A program made the position numbers and the translations under genes. Shown piece by piece: positions 52,220 to 64,000 of a stretch of 64,000 bases of DNA. Numbering within the stretch: position 1 is the first letter of the stretch; the number at the start of each line of letters is the position of its first letter. The stretch spans positions 119,412,001-119,476,000 of the forward strand of contig OZ024740.1 of NCBI GenBank assembly GCA_964016885.1, given 5' to 3'. Below the pieces are notes generated by a model. It worked only from the letters and a program-made list of their open reading frames with translations, did no database searches and was not told the DNA's origin. Origin of the DNA: Eledone cirrhosa. Its lineage: Eukaryota.

Positions 52220-55200
52220 CCTTGAATCTCAGTCATTGATGTTGGTTAACTGGAAAGTCCGTTGGAATGAATATCAAGCCACTACCTGCAGCCTCAGATA
52301 TTCAGGACGTATCGGAGGGTTCTTGCTGTTCCCAGCAAGCATGCCTTTTGAAGCGTTCCAAAAAGCGTGAAGGGGCCGATTTTCTTTAACCATCCCTGGA
52401 AACTTTTGGAGATAGTCCCCAGTGCGCCTATGACAATCGGGATCACCTTGACTTCATGGCAGTTCCAAATCCTTTTTACCTCCCACTTTCAGTCCTGGTA
52501 TCGGTTAATTTTCTCCCTCTCCTTCCCTTGCACTCTCGTGTCGAATGGGCAGGCCACATCCACAATCAGACACGCTCTTTCTTCTTTGTCCACAACCACC
52601 AGGTCAGGTCTATTGTGTTCCAGTTTCTTGTCCGTCTGTTTCCTAAAATCCCACAGCACCTTCACCTGATCGTTCTCCATCAGCGCCTCTGGCCTATGCT
52701 CATACCATTTCTCAGAATGTGTTAAATTGTTTACTTTGCGCAGGTGCCAGTGGATCACCCTGCCCATCACAACATGTCTCCAGCCCTTATAGTGGGTCTG
52801 GGCTAGGTGTTTACACTCGGATACAATGTGAGCCACAGTCTCCTCTCTATCTCTCCACAGATCCTGCACAGTGGGCTAGCCTCCTCCTTGTAAATATGGT
52901 GTTTCAACCACTTCGTTTTGAGGGCCTGCTCCTGCGCAGCCATTAACATTCCTTCTGTAGCCTTTTTGAGGTTTCCTCTTCTCAACCAGTTCCATGTCTG
53001 TGGATCTCTAAATTCAGTTTTCTCAAAGAAGGTACTATGAAGGGATTTTCCCTGAAGGCTGCTCTTTCTCCTTGATGTTATTTCCTCCTTGGACATCCCC
53101 TGGCCTACTGTCCCCTCCTTCAGTACAGTTCTGAGCATTGGCTCCTTACTATCAGTCACGTATTTGTGTAGGTTGTTTTTCTCCATCTGAACACAGTCCT
53201 CTATGCTGATAAGACCTCTTCCACCCTCAGATCTCCTTAGGTAGAGTCTATCGACATCACTCCTCTTGTGGAACATGTTGTAGATAGTCAATAGCTTCCT
53301 AGTCTTCCTATCCATTTCTTTTTGTTCAGCAACATTCCATCTCAGAATTCCCGCACTGTACCTAATAATAGACACAGCTCGGGAATTTACTGCGCTTATG
53401 GCATTTCTGCTGTTCAGATGTGACTTCAATACGCTCCTTACTCTCCGAATGTATTCAGTTCTTAACAATTCCTTCATTTTTTTGTTCTTTACGCCATTAG
53501 CCTCCAGAACGCCCAAATACTTGTATCCTTCCTCAGAGTCAATTTCCTTTATCATCTCACCTGTTGGTATCTGGATTCCGTTACTTCTGCTCAACCTACC
53601 CCTCATCATCACAATGACTCCACACTTACTAATACCAAACTGCATACATATATCACTGCTGAAATTACGGACAGTGTCAACAAGCACATCCAATTCCTTC
53701 TTACTCTTCCCGAAGAGCTTATGATCGTCCATGAAGAGGAGGTGATTGATGGTAAGCTCTCCCTTTCCCAACTTGTATCCTGCTCTCACTTTCCGCAGCA
53801 TAATGGTCAAGGGCATCAGGGCAAGGACAAACAACAGAGGGGACAGACTATCTCCCTGGAAGATACCTCTCTTGATCTTCACACTTCCCAAGGATTCTCC
53901 AGTTGATGTCAACTCTGTCTCCCAGGACTCCATACTCCTGCCCAGCAACTGTCTGATGTTATCTGCCACCTTGAAGATCTCCAGGCTTTTGGTGATCCAA
54001 GAGTGAGGCACCATGTCAAATGCCTTTCTGTAGTCTATCCATCCCATGGCAAGATCAGTGTGTCTCCTCCTGCAATTCCCCATTACCATCTTATCAATAA
54101 GTAACTGGTCCTTTGTACCACGTGACTTCTTTCGGCATCCTTTCTGTTCGTCCGGTAACAAGTTGTTTGTGTGGAGGTGATAGTAGATTTCCTCAGACAG
54201 AATGCTCGTCAACAGTTTCCACATTACGGACAGACATGTGATAGGTCTATAGTTGGTAACATCATTACCCTTGATTCGGTCTTTCATTATCAGAACTGTG
54301 GTAAATTTTGTCAACCACTCTGACACCTCACCCGACACCAATCAGTCATTGAACATGGCCGTCAGTTTCGAGTGGAGGGATGTTAATGTTTAATCCAATA
54401 CCCCTGCACACCATCTGGGCCTGGTAATTTCCAGTTGGTTACTTTTTTTGCCTGCCCCTTAAGAGTTTCAACTGTGATACTCAAATCAGTTTGTTGGTGT
54501 GCCTGCTCACCGATCTCCCTCTGTACTGTTTCAATCCACCCTGCCTGGTCATTATGTCTAACATCCTGCTCCCATATTCCTCTCCAGAATGTTTTAGTTT
54601 GTTCCGCCTCAGGGATCAAGTCGTTGCCTCTTTCTTTCCCCTCAAGCTGTCCAAACAGCATCTTCTGGTTGTTGTCGAACATGCGGTTCTGTTTATACTG
54701 ACTGACTCTGTTCTCGTATCGCCTGATTTTTGCACTCTTTGCTGCAATGCGTTGCTTCAGTTCCTCTATGATAATATTTAGCTTTTTCCTCCTAGTTTTG
54801 TACTTTATTTCCAGTCTATTTTTAGTACCTATCTTTTTAGTGTCCCATTCTGTAGTGACTCAAGCTTTCCTATGTCATTTCTCATTTCCTTGATTTGACC
54901 ACTCAGTCGTTTCTTCCACCAAGGCTCTGCTCTTTCTTGTCTGTTGTTTCCTCTCGCTTTTATACCAAGTAGTTTCCTCGCCGTATTTGCTGTTGCTTTG
55001 AGGATATTGTTGCACTGGTGAAGGCTCCTCGCCTCAATCTCGTTCCAGATGTTATGCATCCGTCTCTTATAGCCCCTCTCTTGGGGTTACTTTTCAGGTA
55101 ACATTGCATAACAGTTCTATTCAATTCTTTCGTCCAGTTGGTTCTGGCCCCTTTCCTTCTTCTTCTTCCTCCAACACCAGCAGTATTTGGTTGACAGTCA

Positions 55201-56523
55201 GGTTCCTGCTGCTGAGCCAGGGAGCACCTGTTGGGTGAGAGTCTGTCACATGACGTTCTAGTCTCCATTTCACCGTTATTCGAACTGTTTAGGTTCGATA
55301 TTTAAACACTCTTATCGAGGATTGGCAAATGTATGGTTACATAGCCATCTGTGGATTCACCGTTTCCGGTGGTTGCGCCGTTCCATTTGGCACTTGTGTG
55401 GCATTATCACCACGCTGTAGACGAACACAAATAAACAAACAAACACACAGGCATAAAAAACCCCCAAAATGAATAAGCATAAGTTTCATTGTAATGTAGT
55501 GTTCGAATGTCTGACTTAGTTTTTCCCCTCTCTTCTCTGTCCGTCCGCTTGTTTCTCTCTTCATTCTTATTTTCTTTACGTTTTTTTTTTGTTTTTTGTT
55601 TTTGTTTTTCTCTGTTTGTTTTTCTCGTTTTTTGCTGTTGTTGGTGTGCTGTTTTGGGTTTGATATTTGTTTTTTCTTTTTTCTTTTGAGTCTATCTATA
55701 TATTTTGATGGCTTCCTCTTTTTTAGTAGGAATTCTATAATGTGGTGGCAGCAACTAGCAGAAGCAATGGGAGACAGTAGCGGCAGTAGCGATACTGCGA
55801 CAGTGGTGGTGGTGATGTCGATACCGAGGCAGTGGTGGCGGTGATGTGATCGTATTACTGTAGTGATGGTGTTGTAGCGGTGGTAGCAATGAAGGAGGAG
55901 TGGTGGCGGCGGTGATGGTGGGATAGTGGTAGTAATGATGGCAGCAGTGATGGTGTTGTTGTAGCGGTGGTAGCAATGAAGGACTGATGTCCGTTCGGTG
56001 AATCTATGGGGTTAGTCGCGTATATGTGTGTTGACCTAAATTCCCTTAATGTTGGGATTAAACAGTTTGTTAAGACTTGGGACAATAATAATAGTATTTA
56101 TTATTATCCTTATTATGTTAAGATTGGTTGTGGTGGTGGTGAAATTGCCGTTATCTGGCTGTTGTGTTTAGTGTACACAGAGAGGTGATGGGGGTAGGTG
56201 GTGTATCTAGTTTCTAGTGTTGGTGAGATTGGTGTTGTTTGGCTGTTCTATATAGTGTAGACAGAGGAGAGGGGGGGTTCTTCTTCCATTTATAGCCATT
56301 TTCCTTTTTTGAATATACAATGTACAATACAAAGTTGAATATTTGAATATTTGAGCCTTATAACAATATATTTTGGGTCCGAATTTTTTTTGGGCTCAAG
56401 CCGGATGCTTTACGTAGCATTTGTGCTAAGAGTTGTTATTTCACAAATGATTTAAATATGTTAAAAATTCAAAACTTACGGGAGCGATTTCATGACCTTC
56501 TACCACCTCGTGCGTCTTCTTCC
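52220..56523 (-). mobile_element. R4/Dong-like family A, copy A3 (both ends present, ~415-bp internal deletion)
   Basis: Colinear with A2; deletion junction at ~55037; frameshifts. Confidence 0.93.
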
Positions 56524-56594
56524 CTATATATTATTATATAATATTATTATTATTATATAATATTATTATTATTATATAATATTATTATTATTAT

Positions 56595-58243
56595 TTGCAT
56601 TTATCTTGCTTTATGTTTATACGAGTTATCACCAAGTCACAACCAGTGACCTCAAGAGACAACAAGGTCCGCCATGTTCAAGAAAGAACATACATATTCA
56701 CACATGCATCCTTAGTGTTTAGACTTGTGATGTACTTATATTGACAGGATCTTCCTTAGTATATGGGCAGTTCCCATTAGTACTATCTTTTGTATTTCTC
56801 CTATACGCGGGTTTCCTGGGATTTGCGATAAGTAGTCGTTAGACCCCTTAGGTATCATGCCCAGAGCGCCTACAACTACTGGTATTGTTTTAGTTCTCAA
56901 TTTCCACATTTTTCCAATTTCTATCTCCAGGTCCTTATACTTGCTCAATTTTTCAAATGTTTTTATAGATACATTCTTGTCTATTGGAACAGACATATCA
57001 ATTAGCAGGCATACCCTCCTTTGAAAGTCCTTCAATATTATATCAGGTCTATTTGCATCTATTTTTCGGTCTGTTTGGATGCTAAAGTTCCACAAGATTG
57101 AGATGTGATCTTTTTCAAGTATGGGAGGTGGTTGATGCTCCCACCAATTCTTTTGATGGGGCAGGTCAAAATGCTTACACATTATCCAATGTATGTATTG
57201 TGCAGCTCTGTCATGCCTGTTTAGGTATTCGGTTGGAGCTATAGGACTGCACATTGAAATTATATGGTCAATGGTCTCTGGTTGTTTTTTGCATACACGG
57301 CATAATGGGCTGCACCCATTTTTTATTATGTTGGCTTGGTAATTTTTTGTTGGCAGACACTGATCTTGTGCCGATATAATCAGTCCTTCAGTCTCCGATT
57401 TCAGTCCAGAGGATGCCAACCACTGATGTGTTAAAGTTTTGTCAACATCAGGATTGTTAGCTCGCTCTGGGTATTTTCCATACAGAGGCTTTTCTTGCCA
57501 TTTCTTAGCCAGTTTCTGTAACAGTTCTTTCTTTGCAGTTACTTTTACCTGCTTTGCTTTTTCTGTGTTTTCCATTTCAGCAGTAAATGGGACTTCTGAA
57601 ATTTGTAGTCCATTACTGTATCTTTGTGCATCTTTTGTAATGGAATATGATCTTTTGGTGCTTTCGTGTTTCAAAACGAGTTTGATCATCCAATCATGTG
57701 ATTCCCTTAGATATGTGGATAATCCAATTGTTGCAGTTTTCAACGCAATGTCTAACTGGATTAACCCACGTCCTCCTTTCCTAGGGAGATATATTCTATC
57801 TATGTCTGCCTTAGGATGATGCATTCTGTGCATGGTTAAGAATTTTCGGATTTTTGTATCGAGCCTACGGATCTCTGTGCTTGACCAGTTGATGACATTG
57901 TAACTGTAGGTTACTACTGGTATGGCAAGCGTGTTTATGGCATCGATCCTATTCCTTGCATTCAATTCCGTTCTTAAGATTGCTCTGACTCTGCGGTAAC
58001 ATTCCTTCCTTTCCCTCATTGTCGAGTGCTTGATTCCGTCTCCTTCACAAACACCTAGATATTTGTAAGTTTTTTCTTGATCAAGCTCTCTTATCACGTT
58101 CCCCCGATCAAGATTAATGTCTGAACTCTTCAGCAGCTTTCCTCTGGTGAACGTTGCTTTGGCGCATTTATCCAGTCCAAACTCCATTTTAATGTCATCA
58201 CTGAACTGCTTCACAGGGGATAATAGCCCTTGCAATTGTTCAT
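56595..58243 (-). mobile_element. R4/Dong-like family B, copy B2 (5'-truncated)
   Basis: FGLDKC, YKYLG, GGRGL, CRVC..HIISMC, RPDII..IDMS..EKLSKY. Confidence 0.93.
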
Positions 58244-58261
58244 TATTATTATTATTATTAT

Positions 58262-58437
58262 GGCGGTGGATTGGCAGTATCGGTAGAAGGTCGGACGCCA
58301 TGCTTCGACGCATAGAGTTACGGCCCTTGCCATTCTGAGTTCAAATCCCGCCGAGGTCAACTTTGCCTTTCATCCTTACGGGGTCGATAAAATAAAGTAC
58401 CAGTAATGCACTGGGTAATGTGCCAAAAGTAGAAACA

Positions 58438-58438
<1 letters not shown>
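58262..58438 (+). mobile_element. tRNA-derived SINE inserted in (TTA)n
   Basis: A-box-like tggcagtatcgg, B-box gagttcaaatccc (58338-58350), (ATT)n tail. Confidence 0.88.
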
Positions 58439-58485
<47 letters not shown>

Positions 58486-58487
58486 GT

Positions 58488-59041
58488 TCTTTGAGTCTCA
58501 GTCATTGATGTTAGTTAACTGGAAAGTTTGTTGAAATGAATATCAAGCCACTACCTGCAGCCTCAGATATTCAGGACGTATCGGAGGGTTCTTGCTGTTC
58601 CCAGGTCTATAGTTGGTAACATCATTACCCTTGATTCGGTCTTTCATTATCAGAACTGTGGTACCTTTGGTCAACCACTCTGGTACCTCACCTGACATCA
58701 AGCAGTCATTGAGCATGGTTGTAAGTTTCGGGTTAAGGGATGTTATATTTTTAATCCAATACCCCTGCACACCATCTGGGCCTGGTGATTTCCAGTTGGT
58801 TAGTTTTTGGGCCTGCCCCTTAAGAGTTTCAACTGTGATACTCAAGTCAGTTTGTTGGTGTGCCTGTTCACTAATCTCCTTGTGTACTGTCTCAATCCAC
58901 ACTGCATGGTCATTATGTTTAACATCCTGCTCCCATATTCCTCTCCAGAATGTTTTAGTTTGTTCCGCCTCAGGGATCAAGTGATTGCCTCTTTCTTTCC
59001 CCTCAAGCTGTCCAAACAGCATCTTCTGGTTGTTATCAAAG
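58488..59041 (-). mobile_element. Family A copy A4: 5'-truncated with a ~1.9-kb internal deletion
   Basis: Junction near 58603 fuses NYRP of the RT N-terminus to the last ~115 bp of the element. Confidence 0.9.
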
Positions 59042-59042
59042 A

Positions 59043-59093
<51 letters not shown>

Positions 59094-59106
59094 CATTGTT
59101 ATTACT

Positions 59107-60909
59107 CTTTGAGTCTCAGTCATTGATGTTAGTTAACTGGAAAGTTTGTTGAGATGAATATCAAGCCACTACCTGCAGCCTCAGATATTCAGGACGTATC
59201 GGAGGGTTCTTGCTGTTCCCATCAAGTATGCCTTTTGAAGCGTTCCAAAAAGCGTGGCGGGGCCAATTTTTTTTAACCATCCCTGGAAACTTTTTGAGAT
59301 AGTATTTAGTGCGCCTATGACAATTGGGACTACTTTGACTTCGTGGTAGTTCCAAATCCATTTTATCTCCCACTTTAAGTCCTAGTATCAGTTAATTTTC
59401 CCCCTCTCCTTCTCTTGCACTCTCGTGTCGAATGGGCAGGCCACATCCACAATCAGGCACGATCTTTTTTCCTTGTCCAAAACCACCAGGTCAGGCCTAT
59501 TGTGTTCCAGTTTCTTGTCCGTCTATATCCTAAAATCCCACAGCTCCTTCACCTGATCGTTTTCTATCACCACCTCTGGCTTATGCTCATACCACTTCTC
59601 AGAATGTGGTAAATTGTTTACTTTGCATAGGTGCCAGTGGATCAGCCTGCCCATCATATCATGTCTCCAGCCCTTATAGTGGGTCTGGGCTAGGTGTTTA
59701 CACTCGGATACAATGTGAGCCACAGTCTCCTCTCTCTCTCCACAGATCCTGCACAGTGGGCTAGCCTCCTCCTTGTAAATGTGGTGTTTCAACCACTTCG
59801 TTTTGAGGGCCTGCTCCTGCGCAGCCATTAACATTCCTTCTGTAGCCTTTTTAAGGTCTCCTCTTTTCAACCAGTTCCATGTCTGTGGATCTCTAAATTC
59901 AGTTTTCTCAAAGAAGGTACTATGAATGGATTCTTCCTGAAGGCTGCTCTTTCTCCTTGATATTATTTCCTCCTTGGACATCCCCTGGCCTATTGTCCCC
60001 TCCTTCAGTACAGTTCTGAGCATTGGCTCCTTACTATCAGTCACGTATTTGTGTAGGTTGTTTTTCTCCATCTGAACACAGTCCTCTATGCTGATAAGAC
60101 CTCTTCCACCCTCAGATCTCCTTAAGTAGAGTCTATCAACATCACTCCTCTAGTGGAACATATTGTAGATAGTCAATAGCTTCCTAGGCTTCCTATCCAT
60201 TTCCTTTTGTTCAGCAACATTCCATCTCAGAATTCCCGCACTGTACCTAATAATAGAAACAGCTCGGGAATTTACTGCACTTATGGCATTCCTACTGTTC
60301 AGATGTGACTTTAATACGCTCCTTACACTCCGAAGGTATTCAGTTCTTATCAATTCCTTCATTTTTTTGTTCTTGATGTCATAAGCATCCAGAACGCCCA
60401 AATACTTGTATACTTCCTCAGAGTCAATTTCTTTTATCATCTGTTGGTATCTGGATTCCGTTACTTCTGCTCAACTTACCCCTCCTCATCACAATAACTC
60501 CACACTTACTAATACCAAATTGCATACATATATCATTGCTGAAATTACGGACAGTGTCAACAAGCACATCCAACTCCTTCTCACTCTTCCCGAAGAGCTT
60601 AAGATCGTCCATGAAGAGGAGGTGATTGATGGTAAGCTCTCCCTTTCCCAACCTGTATCCTGCTCTCACTTTTCGCAGTACACTGGTCAGGGGAACCAGG
60701 GCAAGGACAATCAACAGAGGGGACAGACTATCTCCCTGGAAGATACCTCTCTTGATCTTCACGCCTCCCAAGGATTCTCCAGTTGATGTTAACTCTGTTT
60801 CCCAGGACTTCATACTTTTGCCCAACAACTGCCTGATGTTATCTGCCACCTTGAAGATCTCCTGGCTTTTGGTGATCCAAGAATGAGGCACCATGTCAAA
60901 TGCCTTTTT

Positions 60910-60912
<3 letters not shown>
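59107..60912 (-). mobile_element. Family A copy A5 (5'-truncated within RT)
   Basis: Begins at KAFDMVPH; frameshifts; shared 3' UTR. Confidence 0.92.
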
Positions 60913-60942
<30 letters not shown>

Positions 60943-60990
60943 GTAGTAGTAGTAGTAGTAGTAGTATTATTATTATTATTATTATTATTA

Positions 60991-62865
60991 CAGTTGCATT
61001 TATCTTGCTTTATGTTCATACGAGTTATCACCAAGTCACAACCAGTGACCTCAAGAGACAACAAGGTCCGCCATGTTCAAGAAAGAACATACATATTCAC
61101 ACATGCATCTTTAGTGTTTAGACTTGTGATGTACTTATATTGACAGAATCTTCCTTAGTATATGGGCAGTTCCCATTAGTACTATCTTTTGTATTTCTCC
61201 TATACGCGGGATTCCTGGGATTTGCGATAAGTAATCATTAGACCCCTTAGGTATCATTCCTAGGGCGCCTACAACCACTCGTATTGTTTTAGTTCCTAAT
61301 TTCCACATTTTTCCAATTTCTATCTCCAGGTCCTTATACTTGCTCAATTTTTCAAATGTTTTTATAGATACATTCTTGTCTATTGGAACAGACATATCAA
61401 TTAGCAGGCATACCCTCTTTTGAAAGTCCTTCAATATTATATCAGGTCTATTTGCATCTATTTTTCGGTCTGTTTGGATGCTAAAGTTCCACAAGATTGA
61501 GATGTGATCTTTTTCAAGTATGGGAGGTGGTTGATGCTCCCACCAATTCTTTTGATGGGGCAGGTCAAAATGCTTACACATTATCCAATGTATCTATTGT
61601 GCAGCTCTGTCATGCCTGTTTAGGTATTCGGTTGGAGCTATAGGACTGCACATTGAAATTATATGGTCAATGGTCTCTGGTTGTTTTTTGCATACATGGC
61701 ATAATGGGCTGTACCCATTTTTTATTATGTTGGCTTGGTAATTTTTTGTTGGCAGACACTGATCTTGTGCCGATATAATCAGTCCTTCAGTCTCCGATTT
61801 CAGTCCAGAGGATGCCAACCACTGATGGGTTAAAGTTTTGTCAACATCAGGATTGTTAGCTCGCTCTGGGTATTTTCCATACAGAGGCTTTTCTTGCCAT
61901 TTCTTAGCCAGTTTCTGTAGCAGTTCTTTCTTTGCAGTTACTTTTACCTGCTTTGCTTTTTCTGTGTTTTCCATTTCAGCAGTAAATGGGACTTCTGAAA
62001 TGTGTAGTCCATTACTGCATCTTTGTGCATCTTTTGTAATGGAATATGATCTTTTGATGCTTTCGTGTTTCAAAACGAGTTTGATCATCCAATCATGTGA
62101 TTCCCTTAGATATGTAGATAATCCAATTGTTGCAGTTTTCAACGCAATGTCTAACTGGATTAACCCACGTCCTCCTTCTTTCCTAGGGAGCTATATTCTA
62201 TCTATATCTGCCTTACGGTGATGCATTCTGTGCATGGTTAAGAATTTTCGAATTTTTGTATCGAGCCTACGGATCTCTATGCTTGACCTGTTGATGACAT
62301 TGTAACTGTAGGTTACTACTGGTATGGCAAGCGTGTTTATGGCATCGATCCTATTCCTTGCATTCAATTCGGTTCTTAAGATTGCTCTTACTCTGCGGTA
62401 ACATTCCTTCCTTATCCTTTCCCTCATTGTCGAATGCTTGATTCCGTCTCCTTCACAAACACCTACATATTTGTAAGTTTTTTCTTGATCAAGTTCTCTT
62501 ATCACGTTCCCCCGATCAAGATTAATGTCTGAACTCTTCAGCAGCTTTCCTCTGGTGAACGTTGCTTTGGCGCATTTATCTAGTCCAAACTCCATTTTAA
62601 TGTCATCACTGAACTGCTTCACAGTGGATAATAGCCCTTGCAATTGTTCATCATTTTTTGCAAATAGTTCGGGTCATCCATGTAGAACAGGTGATTAATG
62701 GTTTTGTCATAGACTTTATATCCATGTTTTGTTTCATTGAGCATTTTACTTAATGGTATAAGTGCGATGCAGAATAAAAGCGGTGATAATGAGTCACCCT
62801 GAAAAATTCCACAATTAATATTAACTTCTCCAGCTTCCAGTGATTTTGTTTCACTATTCAAAAGG

Positions 62866-62868
<3 letters not shown>
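60991..62868 (-). mobile_element. Family B copy B3 (5'-truncated)
   Basis: QGDSLSP and FYMDD through to LRKILSI*; one frameshift plus stops. Confidence 0.92.
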
Positions 62869-62923
<55 letters not shown>

Positions 62924-62924
<1 letters not shown>

Positions 62925-64000
62925 AGCTACATTTATCTTGCTTTATGTTCATACGAGTTATCACCAAGTCACAACCAGTGACCTCAAGAGACAACAAATT
63001 CCGCCATGTTCAAGAAAGAACATACATATCCACACATGCATCTTTAGTGTTTAGACTTGTGATGTACTTATATTGACAGAATCTTCCTTAGTATATGGGA
63101 AGTTCCCATTAGTACTATCTTTTGTATTTCTCCTATATGCGGGATTCCTGGGATTTGCGATAAGTAATCATTAGACCCCTTAGGTATCATTCCTAGGGCG
63201 CCTACAACCACTCGTATTGTTTTAGTTCCTAATTTCCACATTTTTCCAATTTCTATCTCCAGGTCCTTATACTTGCTCAATTTTTCAAATGTTTTTATAG
63301 ATACATTCTTGTCTATTGGAACGGACAATTAGCAGGCATACCCTCTTTTTAAAGTCCTTCAATATTATATCAGGTCTATTTGCATCTATTTTTCGGTCTG
63401 TTTGGATGCTAAAGTTCCACAAGATTGAGATGTGATCTTTTTCAAGTATGGGAGGTGGTTGATGCTCCCACCAATTCTTTTGATGGGGTAGGTCAAAATG
63501 CTTACACATTATCCAATGTATGTAATGTGCAGCTCTGTCATGCCTGTTTAGGTATTCGGTTGGAGCTATAGGACTGCACATTGAAATTATATGGTCAATG
63601 GTCTCTGGTTGTTTTTTACATACACGACATAATGGGCTGCATCCATTTTTTTATTATGTTGGCTTGGTAATTTTTTGTTGGCAGACACTGATCTTGTGCT
63701 GATATAATCAGTCCTTCAGTCTCTGATTTCAGTCCAGAGGATGCCAACCACTGATGGGTTAAAGTTTTGTCAACATCAGGATTGTTAGCTCGTTCTGGGT
63801 ATTTTCCATACAGAGGCTTTTCTTGCCATTTCTTAACCAGTTTCTATAGCAGTTCTTTCTTTGCAGTTACTTTTACCTGCTTTGCTTTTTCTGTGTTTTC
63901 CATTTCAGCAGTAAATGGGACTTCTGAAATGTGTAGTCCATTACTGTATCATTCGTGTTTCAAAACGAGTTTGATCATCCAATCATGTGATTCCCTTAGA
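62924..64000 (-). mobile_element. Family B copy B4 (runs beyond window end)
   Basis: Near-identical to B2/B3 with small deletions. Confidence 0.92.

Noticed and set aside
58244-58313. N-terminus MRRSMAS..HNNNNNN of the 525-aa ORF
   Set aside because: Chance read-through from the antisense SINE and (TAA)n into truncated copy B2; not a real start.
42119-62221. Recurrent plus-strand ORFs inside the array
   Set aside because: Antisense shadows of the RT ORF that recur only because the element is repeated.

Overview
AT-rich, microsatellite-dense animal DNA with no recognisable host gene. The SINE families and repeat style suggest an octopus or other cephalopod genome (inference). Bases 1-41 kb hold decayed mobile elements: Penelope-like elements (Naiad-type and Neptune-type) in (TA)n tracts, several carrying hammerhead ribozymes; CRE-type and CR1/Jockey-type LINE remnants; Helitron pieces; SINEs; and a 7.6-kb Buster-type hAT transposon with intact TIRs and an 8-bp TSD that contains nested insertions. 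From about 41.06 kb to the window end is a head-to-tail array of nine R4/Dong-like (RT + restriction-like endonuclease) retrotransposon copies from two families. All nine are on the minus strand and separated by (TAA)n tracts, with a Tx1-like 3' end and a SINE inserted in the opposite orientation. The most notable signals are a candidate spliceosomal intron and a frame-conserved hydrophobic uORF in the family A leader, a covarying 3' stem-loop shared by both families, a palindromic double hammerhead, an atypical long hammerhead, and paired ACTAAY motifs in a PLE 3' region. All calls come from reading the sequence by eye; no searches were run.
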